Below are positions 27,120-39,677 of a stretch of DNA of 64,000 nt, one piece after another. Position numbers and translations under genes: made by a program. Source of the DNA: Auanema rhodensis (taxonomy: Eukaryota > Animalia > Nematoda); contig OZ059896.1 of the NCBI GenBank assembly GCA_964057225.1, forward strand, positions 17,856,001-17,920,000. The letters run 5' to 3'. A model generated the notes under the pieces. It saw only the letters and a program-made list of their open reading frames with translations. It had not been told where the DNA came from and made no database searches. Numbering within the stretch: position 1 is the first letter of the stretch; each line of letters begins with the position of its first letter.

Positions 27120-30100
27120 ATTAGCACACAATTCTCTTCATGTCCTTGCCATTTGAACTAACTTATATCAGTCAGCTAATTGAAGTTTCTATTTCTCTTT
27201 ATTACTGTTCAGCCGATAGCTGACTATCTTTCTCTCTTTCTCTCAATCTTCCCGTCTCTCTCTTCTTCTTTTCTTCTTTGTATCTCTTTTCTGTTAATTT
27301 TAGCCATAAAGAAATTACTTAATGAGAAAATTATTTCTAATTTCAATTGATTTCACCCGTTTTATATGATTCGCAATCTCTACTTCTCATCAATATCTGC
27401 AATAACCGTTTTAGTTTAGTCTTTTTCTTCTTCTTCACTTTCAATCCTTATTTTCATTGTAATTGTTTTGAGGATTATAAGAAGTGTAGACAAATCATCA
27501 CAACCTGTCGGTCATTTTTCTTTACATCTTAGTGATTTGTTGTGACTTCCGTCTGGTCAGTCATGTTCATGCTCATGTTCTATTCAATTTCTTCACCTAA
27601 TCTGTACCAATCATCTTTGACTTCTTTAAAATAGTTCTTTTTCATTATTACAAAAGCTTTTTATCATTACAATAGCTCACTTTGATTCTTTTTTTTTCTA
27701 AAATAAATTTAAAAAAAAAGAAAAATTGTGATGGTTATTGAATGAATAACAATGTAAGTTGAAATGATTTCATCATAGAAAATATCTTTTTTTTCTCTAT
27801 TACATTCCTCATTGTCATCAATATTTTTGTTGTTTTTTTCAGAACAAAATATGAAAAAAAACTTTTTTTATGGACAATTCGTGTTTATATACTTGATATT
27901 TTAAAATTATCTGTCACAATAATGTATAAACATGAAACGTTTGTAAGGCGATTGAATGCTCACTATAGTCAGAGGTTTAAAGCTTTATTCATATACAGAT
28001 ATGAGAAAGAATGTGATGAGAAATAAATGATTAAAATATTTTGATATAATCTATATGAATATATTGAAAAATGTTTCTATTTTGATCTAAATATATGAAA
28101 AAGGTGTGACTAGAGAGTGAAAGAAAAAGAAAAGACGACTAAGAAGGAGGAGATGGATAGATGGATGGATGGAGGGATGATGATGTTGTTGTTAGTTTGA
28201 ATAGGTCAAACTGGAATACTATATCTAGTTATACAGCATGTAATGTATACTTTCTATACTTTGATATATATATACATCTATAAAAGCAAACTTATCATAC
28301 TAAGACACACCCTTTGTTTAAGCTTTTCAAACTATGCCGACTGACAATCTATAGTTTCCTTTTAGCTTGCTCTATTGTCCAAAAAAAATACTTTTTGCAT
28401 AATAGAAGATATATGATAACTATAAAAAGGATTTGATATATAAGGTTTTCTAGGTTAGTCTGTGGGTGGTAGTGATTGAACAGTTGTTTCCTCGCAACTT
28501 CAAACGATAATTCCTTTCTTGTTTTTCAAACAAATACTAAAATATTATGATAACAAGGTGGTGGTAGTATAATGAAAGTAACAAAATAAATAACAAAGGA
28601 GTGAGAGAGAGAGAGAGACTCTCTATGTCTCTTTCTCTCTCTCTCTCTCTCTTTGTCGCTTAGTGTGGTCTTCTCTATGATATCCTCAACCGTTCTATAG
28701 GCTATATTGGATTGCCGCTTATGTTTCCAATAAAATTAACGTTCAATCGACAACAATTCTGATCTATTGTGCTAGACAACCTGTGTATGTCTCTATATGT
28801 GTATGTATATCTGTTGTCTTCTTGTGTTCTTTCTTTACCGCTCAGCAGCCTCATCAGCCTCATACATAACTGCATAGCCACCTTTACCTTTCTTCAGTCG
28901 CACCTTGTCCTACTCACTCTTTCTCTCTTTATCTCTATATATCTCTCACACTCTCTTCTCCTCATCCACTTGTTCAACCTACCCTTCTCTTATACTCTCT
29001 ATCATAAACTCATTCATTGTGTACTTCTCTTACCTACCGTCTTACACTCTTACTCATCTCTAGATGTCTAGCAACCTCCTACCTTGTATGTATATGAGCG
29101 ATCCCATATACAACAATACTGAATTGATGAAGGACATAGACAGCTAGTACGTCCCGTATGGTATATGACTGGTAGAGAGATAGATTGTCAAAACGGTATA
29201 GATACTACTGTTGCTTTGAATAATACGAAGAGAGTAACACAGAGAGATGTGCGATTTACAAAGGAACAACACAATTTCTCCTCTAAATGGACATCGCCCT
29301 TCTCCATGTTGTCCAGCAACACCCATCTCGTATTCTTGTCACCGAAAACTAGCAATATCATATTCTTATACGAGCTATTCAATGTTGAAACTCTAAACAA
29401 TTGAATATTATACAATTGTTTTTTAATTTCAATTACTACTCTATCTGTCATCATCAGCTCTACCTAATGGCAGTATGTCATTGTGATGATGTGAGAGGAA
29501 AGATATTCACTGCATTTCTTCAAACAAATCATTACGTTTTGATTCTTACAACTTCGTATCGTTTTCTAGTAGCCTTTCACGTTCACATTTCTTCTTTCTA
29601 AAATCACTTTTTCTCACTTTGACAACGATTTTGTTTTCAAAAACGTTAAAAGAAAACGAGAGAAAGAGTGAGAGAGAGTGAAGATGAAGCAAAATGAAAG
29701 AGTTTGTACAGAAAAGACACAGAAACAATCCAAAAACTGTTCCGGTACCATTTGAATAAAACCGTTTAAAACTGTTGTTTTACATTTCTTTTTGTCTTCT
29801 TCTTTGTTTTATTTTCAAAATATAGTGAATGTATCTTAATCTCGCCTCGGTTTACCCCATTTGATTTATTTTCACGCCTTTTTCCTATCTTTCTCTTGTT
29901 TATTTATCAACTGATTATACAGATGATAAGATGTCGGTCTATTCCTTGAGTCATTCTTCTTCTCCTTCATCGTTCTTTGTCCTTCTTTCTGTTCGCCCTG
30001 TCTTCTTACCAGCCTCTTCACCCATTTTCTGCCCTCATCCTCTGATTGTCGGACCATTTTTTCATTTCTTCTTTCTCAATCTCTCAATACTTCTAATATA

Positions 30101-33100
30101 TTCTCTTCCAACCAGATGTCTTTTTACCAACAATGTTCAAACCAATTTCATATTTTTCATTTTATTTTTAGTTTGATCGCTTCAACAAAATGTATTTTCA
30201 GCATTTTTGCTCCGTTCTTCTTGTATCTGCTAATGTATCTGATTTCATCAGCCTTTTTCTTTTTCCACCACTCCCTCACTCTTTCTCTCTCCCTCTCCCT
30301 GTTTTCTTGTCAGATTTTAAACTCTTTCATTTAATTCTTCATAATAGAATTAGAGGAAATTCTAATATTTCAACAATTAGGTATCGTTCTTGTCAATTTA
30401 TTTTCTTCTCTTAAACTGACCGTTCGTTTCCTTCATGTCAGTTCGTCTTTTCATATTTTCTTCATTAACTTTCTTTTGTGTCTGCTATACCTAATGGCAG
30501 ACGGCCAAAATGGTGAGTATGTAAGAGATAAAGTAAAAGATGTAACGATAGAGAGGCAGAAAGAGAATAACGAAGGTAAAAGGATGAGTGAGGAAAAAAG
30601 GTTAAAGAAGTCAGCCGGCAACTAGACAACCACCTAGTTTCTCATAATCTCTAAACCATCCTCCTTTGTCTTCAATTTTTTGTCTACATCTCTGGCACTC
30701 TCTCACATCATGTAGCTGTTTCTTGTGGCATTTTTTAATCTTCTTCCGTTATATATGTATTTATCTAAGACGATTTTGCCGCTATATAAAGATGACACGT
30801 GCCGACGTCGGCCGTTGGCTAGGCGTATCGTAACTGTGCCAAAACGGTCAAACTTAGGACAACAGGGCCAGCCGAAAACGTTCGGAAGTCAAAAATGAAT
30901 TTTGAAACAATAACGTGACAAAAACGATGCTGTTTTTGAGTTTGTACATTAGCTACCGACATCTACAATTTTGATGCAATATCCATCAATGCATATATCC
31001 ATCAGTCATTCATCTATGAACTTCTCTCTAATAGAATAGATTGTTGACTTGATGTTTATAAGCTTTATTATAAAAATATATTTATAGTTAGATATCATAA
31101 TATTGAAGTTTTTTCCTGTATCATCATTGCTTACTTGCTTGCTTTTCAATTTTTTTCTGCTTCAAAGCATTTTTCTCGTATAGAGTAGCCAATGCCCCCT
31201 TCTCATTCTTCCACCCCCTATACCGATATCGTCAACATCAGCTGATGCATAGTAAACGGTTTTTTTCTTTTTTTTTTGATCAATCTTCTGAATGCTCATC
31301 GCTAGATATCATCTTCTGATGATGAGCTACCTATACGTTAAGCTTTATTGAATATTATGGATATTCATAAGAATAAAATTGAATTGTAAACGATGATTTC
31401 ACATCATATATGTGAGTTCAATTGAAAATAAGTTTCTTCATCATCCTATGTGTGCTTCGTCCTTTTTGTCTTAAAATTTATAAATCATGAGTCGCGCGAG
31501 GTCAGTAGTTGTGTGAGACTCTCAAATGTCATGACTGGACTCTTCTAAGGAAGAATAGTTTGAGGCTGCACGTAGTACGATGTATGAACATCGAGCTAGT
31601 GAGATTGAATTGCTTAACAATGGAATTGTAAATAAAAACAATAGACAGTTTCAGAGGGAAAGGAAAACGAGAAAAAGAGGGAATGAGGCAAATGTGTTGA
31701 AAGAAAACAAGAGAAGTGAATTTTTATCTTTTTTTGCCTATGAATCAACATGTTGGAACTCTTGAGGCAGCAGTGAAAGACTCTTTACCTCTCTTGCAGA
31801 TTGTAATCTCTTTCTCTTTTGCATTCCTTTTTCTCTTATCGATTTCCGCTTCAAATACATTCTACTGCATGTTCTCTACGTAACTGTAGTCTCATGAATA
31901 CAGATTGTGAAACATAGCAGGCTGTTGATAGAGAGAATAAGCAAGACTGAGAGATTGAAGAAGAAATAGACAACTCTCAGGTGAGAAAGGCTTGCTGACT
32001 CATCAGCAAACTATGAGCAGCAGCGGACTGAACCGTGACAATGAATAATATCAGAACTGATTTCGCTTACAATACATGTTTGACCAAAAAAATCAACTTT
32101 CTCTTGTTATTGTTATTTCTATATATTAACTTAAAATATGTGATTAGTTCTTCTTGATGTGCTCTACTCTGCTATTCGATCACCTAGTTACTGCTCTCTT
32201 TTAGTTCAGTTTGCTTATATATTTCCTCTTCTTACCACTGCCCTGATTCATAGTTCAAAGGTCGCAAAAGTGACAGATGACCTGAACTAAGAAGAAGTTG
32301 AAAAGCAAGTTTCGAAAAGCCGACGAATACTTCGTCCTTCTTTCTGACAGGTGACGACATCGTTTATCTAAACGATATACCTCTAAGGGTGGTCCTACAA
32401 CATCGATTCTCCAAAACTTTGAAAGCCTTTTCCCACCCACTTCAATAGATTTTCTCTTCTTTCTGATTGCGTCGTACTTTTGTCTCTCTCTCTCTATCTC
32501 TCTCTCTCTCTCTTTTATTTTTTTCTCAAGCTCATTACCATGTTTTTTCTATATCAAGGCTCAACCCAGCCCCTAATTCTCGACAATTATGCTCCGCCCA
32601 CTTCTATCGCTTATGTCCTAGATGTCTGTAACCTCATCCCGATCAGATGTGCTCGGCTTGTCAGGGCCAATCAGCTGACTCTTTTGAGATTTTTTTTGCA
32701 ATTTGAACTCGAAATCTTAGTTTTGCTTCTTGCAAGATCTTGTATTTCTTTGCCTTTCTACTTATCTGCAATTTATCTCTTCGCATATTCACATCTTCAC
32801 AACTCAAACTCATTAGCTCTTGAAACAATCGAAGCAATTTCTCTGTGTGCCGACTTGACCTTCTCACTCTGTGTACATCAGTGTATTCCCACCGTTTCAT
32901 TTTTTCATTTCAATCTGTACAATTCCGAAAGTTCAATGATGGTTTTTTTCCCTTTGAAAGAATATATAGTTATTCATATTTTACTATTGATTTCATATTA
33001 TATCTAACTATATCTATATCAATTGACTAAAGATGCTTCCATTTTCAAGATTAATACCATTTATGCTTTCATGTAAATTTCCGAAAATCCGTAATATCTC

Positions 33101-35116
33101 ATACAGATGGATCTACAAATCTGCTCATCTCGTTGTATTTATTCATTCAATTTTGCTCTCAGGATCAAAAGATTAAGTAGATACTTTTTGTGATCCTCTT
33201 CTCTCTCTATATCTCATTCACTTCACCTCTTCTCCTCTTTTTATCTTCTTAGTATTCATATTCAATGGTTTTTTCTTCAAAAAAAAATCTGATTTTTCAT
33301 TTGGTGTATAGTTCCAATCGTTTATGTTGTTGATGTTTATACGGTGGAATGAGCCTAAGCCTAAAGACATTTGGTCAGAAAATGGTGATAATCCGTTAAT
33401 TGCCTTGCAACAGCCGGCTGATTTGTTTGCTTTTTAGCGAATTGCGAGATGAAGCACCGACGATCGGTGTTGGACCATAGCATGTGCAAGGTCAAACTGT
33501 AGACGTAATTCTCGCTCTATTTAGTTTCTTAATAGGAAGAAATGTTCTAAAAGTAAGGTAGTTTGTGCTACGCTTCTGTAGTTAGCCAGATTTGTGGGCG
33601 GAGACAAGCAGTTGAGGTTGTTGCTTCAGCCTGTATGTCACATAGTCTGGTGCTAATCTGAGAAATAGGCTATTAGATAATGAGAGAAAAAGATCGAGAA
33701 TGTCATTCAAATAACCAATCTGCCCAGTACCTAGCTTGTACAGCTTTTTTGAATCTGATCGAGAGAGAACACGGTAACACCTGTTACCAGATGATGCTGG
33801 TAATCGTGCAAGCTCACAAGTCATCAGATTAATGGCATTCACCTTTGTCTTTGACTATACTATTGGTTTTACTGTCTAATTAAATAAGAATTATCTAAAT
33901 CTCTTAATATGCTCATACTATTTCGTCGATTATTTGGATTACGCTTAACTCGCTCATCTCAAGTTATTCCTTTGAGATGTTCTGAGCCTGTCTTAACCTC
34001 GAGCCAGCCCAATCAACTTGTTATATTTAACTGAATAGCCAGATGCGCTACAGCTGATTCAAATACCCATTATTGCTCTGGAGCCACCATATTCATACAT
34101 TGCTTCATCCGTTTGTATGCGTTTTAAATTTCCCTCGATAATGCTCTTAGAGACACTTGCAAACATTATATGTGCTAAAACTTTATGTTATATGTTATTG
34201 AGTACATATATACGTATATAGTTATCTACAGATATCTTCACATCATAACTAATATAGTCATGATGTTGTTGATGACCTGTTGATGACCTTTGAAGCAAAT
34301 TTCAAATATCCCAAACCTGCGAATGCCGGCAGCTGCACACATTTAATAGCATTAACTATCATAACCACATATGTATAAATATCTCCGACATAAAAATCAT
34401 ATGCTAATTATTAGATATTGAGAATATCTAACTATGTGATATAGTTACATGTTGGATTATTCTCTCTTTTTGCCATATGTCATAAATCCTCTTGTTGTTC
34501 AAGTTTTTATTCTTGTTACTAACATCAAGCAGCTCACGTTTTTTCTTACAAGCCATCTTTCCAACTTTAATTGAGCTATTTTGAAAAGTTTGAGGTCTGT
34601 AACTTATAATGTCCTTCTAAAGCTTAGTTCACTTATAGAAAGGTCAAAATTCAAACAATTGAACTTTTTCTCTCTCTCTCTCTCTTTATATATATATATC
34701 TTCATATCGTTTATTCACTTCCACATTTTCATTTTCACTGTTAAGTTCATCGTCTCTTTCGAAGCTCGTCATATCCAGGGTGTGGCTAGCTGCTCCTCTT
34801 TTTTCCTTAGTATCTCTACTTTTCCTTTTTCTTTTACTCTTCACTCTCTCTTGAGTTTCTTATCTAGCATTTTGGCTGATTTTTAAGATTTTAACTCAAT
34901 TCAGGAATAGAAATGTTTATTTTGGTCAATATACAATATAGATTTTCCATTCAAATACATCATGAAAGAAAAATCTAATCTTGTTTGCATTTTTTGATTT
35001 AAACAACTAAGTTCACTCACATTCATTGGCATAATCCAAGTCAAATGATATCATTTCACGTATTGTTCACGTGTTTCAAATTCATTTGAAATAAACCTAT
35101 CGTACTGAATGGTTGT

Positions 35117-35198
<82 letters not shown>

Positions 35199-38100
35199 TC
35201 TCTCTCTCTCTCTCTTTCTCTTTCTCTTTCTCTCTCTCCCTCTCTTTCACATGCACACATTTTCTATCTCATTCATGGTCATCTTGATGATACTACCCAA
35301 CTCCACCATAAGAAGCTTCCACTTGAAAACAGACAACTTTATCTTATTGAAACTCCCACTTCTTGCTTCCGTCTTGTTATCTATGTGTCCATACATCTTT
35401 TTCTACTTTTCTCACTCTTCAAGATGTTCCTCTTCCTCTGAATTCTATTTCATTTGCTCGTAGAGAAAAAAATCTTCTTTTTTTTCATTTTCCTCATGTT
35501 CCTGCTGTTTCAGAAATCTCGAGCCTCTAACGGCCCTATACTAAATCATCAGGATCTCAACGATCGTCTCAATCGTCTGATCAGCAAAAGCTCGATCGGT
35601 TCCAGTTTGCCATCTTTGAGGTATGTACGCCAACTAGACTAGTACTGTGTTTGGCTATTTAACTAGAAGAACATTGACATCATCATATTTCTTGTCCGTT
35701 TCAGCTCTCTTCACTCTACATCGTCACTGCCATCCATGCCGTCAGCCAAGATAGCTGACGGCTCATGCTCAAGCCTTTCATCTATCCGAAATGGCGATAA
35801 CAGTAAGTCTTTGCACTTTTTAGCATTTTATTGTGAAAAAACAATAAAGCTGTTGATTTTGTTAAAAATATTCGAATTGGAAAAGTAATATCTTTTGTTT
35901 AGAAACTGCATCAGGCTGTTCTGGTAATGTGCTTGACGAGAAGAAACGCGAACTTGAGCATTACAATAAGCTCACAAAGAAAAGACAGTTTTTAGATGAA
36001 AAGCTTAGAGAAAAAATGAAAGAACTCTTCAATGTATGCTTAATGGAAGCTGTAAGTTGCCATACAATCGTTTGAGCAGATAAAATATATTTTCAATTTT
36101 TTAGGAATATACTGGTGAACTTTCTAAAGAAATCAAATTCGCTCTATTCCCGGGACAAGAACAACCAAAAATCCGTAAGCGTATTGGTACATCATTCAGC
36201 ATTCCTGAGCAATTAATAGCAGTCGATAAGGTAAAATTGAATTTCTAAATACTTTAAAGTAATTTGTACATTGTAGTCAGACAAACTGGGACAATTAGAA
36301 ACGGATGTAGAGTTGCATCGTCGTATCGTTGCAGCAGCTGAAAAGTTGGCTATGGATAAAAGCACAAACAAAAGTGTGCGCAAGAAGAGACTTCGTGTAT
36401 GTTTTAAATTTTCTTTTAAACGCCTTATTATGTGTTATGTAAATTATTTTATTACAATCCTATGGTTTTTTAGGACTATCAAGCTGCTGCTCAGAAGTTG
36501 CGAGGCTTAGAAGTGGGTCTGAGTCAACTACGTCTCTCTATTAGTAAGCCAGATGTTTCATCTAAGTCCGTTGATGATGATGACCAAGGTACGTGGGTTC
36601 TCTAATTGAATTTGAAATACGAATTAGTAGCGTCATAGACGTCTAAAGCCTAGAACCTAGAACCTATTGTATGTAGCTTGGATATATGGGGCCAAACACA
36701 GTTATCTGGCGTTCCCACTTGCATTCCATCTGGCTTTCCTCAACTCTTTATTCGCTCGTCTTCTTGTTCTCTCTACTTCCTTTCGTCGTTGGGAGCACTG
36801 CCAGCTCTTCGAAACCCATTCATCTCCATCTCTTTTACGTTCATTCGAATGTTTTTCGCTTCTTTTTCTTTAGTTTCAAGACCAGAGAATGATGATGCTT
36901 TTAATCAGTATTCATCGTCTATCCACTCTAAGAGCAGAGTGACCACTATGTTTTTTTTGCTTTTCGATCTATCTGGAGACTCATTGCAAAACTTTTTTTT
37001 TTCATTTTCTATTTTTGGGAGTTCAAACTCATCATAGATCAATGTTCCCAAAGACAAAAAAAACTGTTAAGCAATACAATTTCTATTTTTTTCTTTGCAG
37101 CTCACTGGACAGGCTATTCCTCTTCTGGCGAATTATTGACTAGAGCTGTGGCTAAGTCATGTCCTACAACACCCAGGGGATCAATTCCTGATTTGTTTAA
37201 CAAGGCACAAGATGACAATGCAAAACTTCGAACATCTCAGGATATTGCTGTCAATGTCAGCAGACGCACCCCAAGGTATGTTTTACCGTCTCATTTATAT
37301 ATAACTAAGCTTATTACTAAACAGTTTTATGTTATTATTTAATCAATAGTTAATCACGCTAATGCCATATGCTGCAACTGCTTCCTTTTCCAGCAAACAA
37401 AAGTCGTTGAGTAGCAATGAACGCGACTCTATTGCTTCATCGTCTGGATCATCAATAACTGGCTTTACCTCACCCCCCTCTTCACTAATGCTTCTTACAT
37501 CGTCTTCTGATCCGATGTGTACTAGCACATCGCCAAAAAGTAACAGCACATCATCATCTCTTAGAGGACCACCTGATCTGCCAACGAAAAAGCTGTGCTC
37601 ATCCACATCCATGACAATGCCGTCGTATAATACACATGACGCTCAACAGCACCATTCAACTTCATCTTCTAAGTAAGCTTTTCCTAAACATTTTGCACTA
37701 ATTATGACAAATAATTTCACGTTTGAAGCCTACCTTTGTTCACCCTTTTGCTCTTAACTTTTTATTTTATTAAAGAAATATAAAAAGATTAATGCTATTA
37801 AAACCATTATTTTAGCTTTGAAAATGTTGGATACAGATCGAAGTCTTATCGAAGCAGTTATCGTCAGGCTCATTATCCAACAATTCAGGTTTGTATTCCA
37901 AATTTTCAAATTCTTTCATCCTAAAGCTCATTTTCTAAGAAACTTTTTAAATTGAATATTTATCAACTGAAATTTTTAAATTAGAATTTTTCTGATTTTT
38001 GATATTCTTGTTGTTTTAAGGATGAGCAATATTCACGCAAACGAGCAGTCTCAGCTCATGCTCTTCCATCTACTCAGGGTACAAACCCACGCGTAAAAAT

Positions 38101-38895
38101 GCCTGCAGCTTCATCCATTCGCAAGTCTAGCCCATCTGACGATGATGTAACTCCAACAGCTGATAATCCACCATCCAGCTCAATTGGAAGTTCAGCTACG
38201 CTTCAACATTCTAGCCAACGACGAAGGCCGTTGCCTAGTAGTATTAGCTGTTCAGCAGGATTTACGTCAAGTCTGGACCGTCGTTCATCTCTTAGGTAAG
38301 CAGGCTTTTCTTTGAACATTTTCTTAGAAATTGATATTTATTCATGCTTCAATCATCAATTTGCAGAGCATCGCCGAACTCTGATACAACAATGAAGCTT
38401 CATATGAATCAAAATTCTAGCCGATCGCCGTCTGCTCAACGAGTTACCACATTCCCTGTGTCTGTTCCGTCCAACACTAGTAACGCCATTTCACCTGCTT
38501 CCTGTCTAGGTTCATCATCAACCACATCTGTCCCGTATGTGTATATTCCTGTCCATCGTGTATCACAATCCACGTCTTTCAGATTACCTTCATCCGGCTT
38601 AGCCACATCCAACATCTCACCAAGCACTGCCGGTCAGACAGTTCTGCCACGCTTCCAGCCACCGCTTGGTCGCACACCTCTTGCTTATTTTCCACCAATG
38701 ACAAACAGCGGACTTCCAACGTCAGCTACAGGCCCAGCACATCAGAAAATGCGACAGTTGAATCAGTCACTGTCGTCTAGTCGACTTCCATCCAACACAG
38801 ATCCGCACATGGAAGCTCTCCTTTCATACTATAAGTCTAATCCTGTTGCCACACATCAGCCACGTCCAACAGCTAAAACCGCGACCACTGTCTGA
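11759..38895 (+). CDS. frm-4: FRMD4A/B-like FERM-domain protein with CUPID (DUF3338, cytohesin-binding) domain and Ser/Pro-rich tail; about 20 exons
   Basis: Exons at about 11759-11922, 12019-12108, 12203-12288, 12395-12474, 12666-12818, 12923-13073, 13177-13253, 13302-13407 and 16786-16924 encode a FERM domain (ASILLLDGQTIELL...HIHWLSDEKRL...RYFVDSILYLQDPIVVELYFLE...YGCRFYHV...FHWKFMDNIYYRNDRFWIEVRE...KTIWQTAIAQHRFYLEQ). Exons from 35514 onward encode a CUPID-like segment (LDEKLREKMKELFNVCLMEAEYTGEL...PGQEQPKIRKRIGTSFSI...LHRRIVAAAEKLA). The last exon 38367-38895 ends TAKTATTV*. All junctions checked are in phase. The gene symbol is by family recognition, not a database search. Confidence 0.88.
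24958..25048. repeat. Polypurine (GA-rich) tract in the FRMD4 large intron
   Basis: About 90 nt of A/G only. Confidence 0.9.
35116..35248. repeat. Long (CT)n/(CTTT) polypyrimidine tract
   Basis: About 130 nt of C/T only. It explains the spurious RERERE and SLSLSL ORFs. Confidence 0.97.
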
Positions 38896-39387
38896 ATTTC
38901 ATATCTGACACGTGTCTGTTGTTATTACCTATGTCCGCGTGATGTCATTACGTCCGCCTCTGTTTAAGCCATACCTATATGTCTATTTTTGGTTCGGTGA
39001 TTTTGGTAGGCTTTGCATATATGATCTATGAATCTAAGACCGTTCTCTTGAGATATATGTAAGTGTAAATTTCGTTTTATGTGTATAATACATTTTCAAA
39101 TATTCTATATAGATATGCCCACTTATAATCTTAAACTTGTACAGAACTAACTTCATCTTTCTCTCTTTCTCTCTCTTTTGCTCATTTTTGTTGAGCCTTT
39201 GTTGTTTATCTCCTCTTTTTTCATATTCTTCATCCAATTTTCTCCATCTCTTACAAAACCTCACTTCTTTTCGCTTTTCAATTGTTTTACATGTCACTTG
39301 CTCGTATACGTAATTGTTTTTTACTGTTGAGACTCTTGAGAACCGGTATATGTTGCTTGTAACTCCCTCCTCTCTTGTTTCCCTCAC

Positions 39388-39409
39388 TTTCTCTCTCTCT
39401 CTCTCTCCC

Positions 39410-39445
<36 letters not shown>
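39388..39445. repeat. (CT)n microsatellite in FRMD4 3' UTR
   Basis: Near-perfect CT run. Confidence 0.92.
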
Positions 39446-39671
39446 AAACTAACTCTTTCTATTCCTCTCTGATCCAAAGAATTCTCATAATTTTTCTTAT
39501 TTATTTCCTGTTTCCTATATCACCAGAAATATCAGTTGAGCTAACCTATGTGATAATTGTAATATTATATATTTAATATGTTATATATGCATGGAAATAC
39601 GGGTCAAAATGTTACTCAAAGCATTTTTTGCATCAGTTTAGGTTTTTTTCATCTATTTTTGCTTTCACGCA

Positions 39672-39677
39672 AATAAA
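39672..39677 (+). terminator. Putative poly(A) signal of the FRMD4 gene
   Basis: First AATAAA I could find after stop 38895, followed by U-rich sequence. Confidence 0.55.

Noticed and set aside
33353-33364. Two tandem nematode telomere units (GCCTAA)2
   Set aside because: Only 12 bp and could arise by chance. Nothing in the sequence indicates a telomere-addition or DNA-elimination site.
35051-35463. ORFs with RERERE / SLSLSL runs (also at 7004-7491, 24745-25109, 39034-39477 and elsewhere)
   Set aside because: These are translations of (GA)/(CT) microsatellites, with no splice or homology support.
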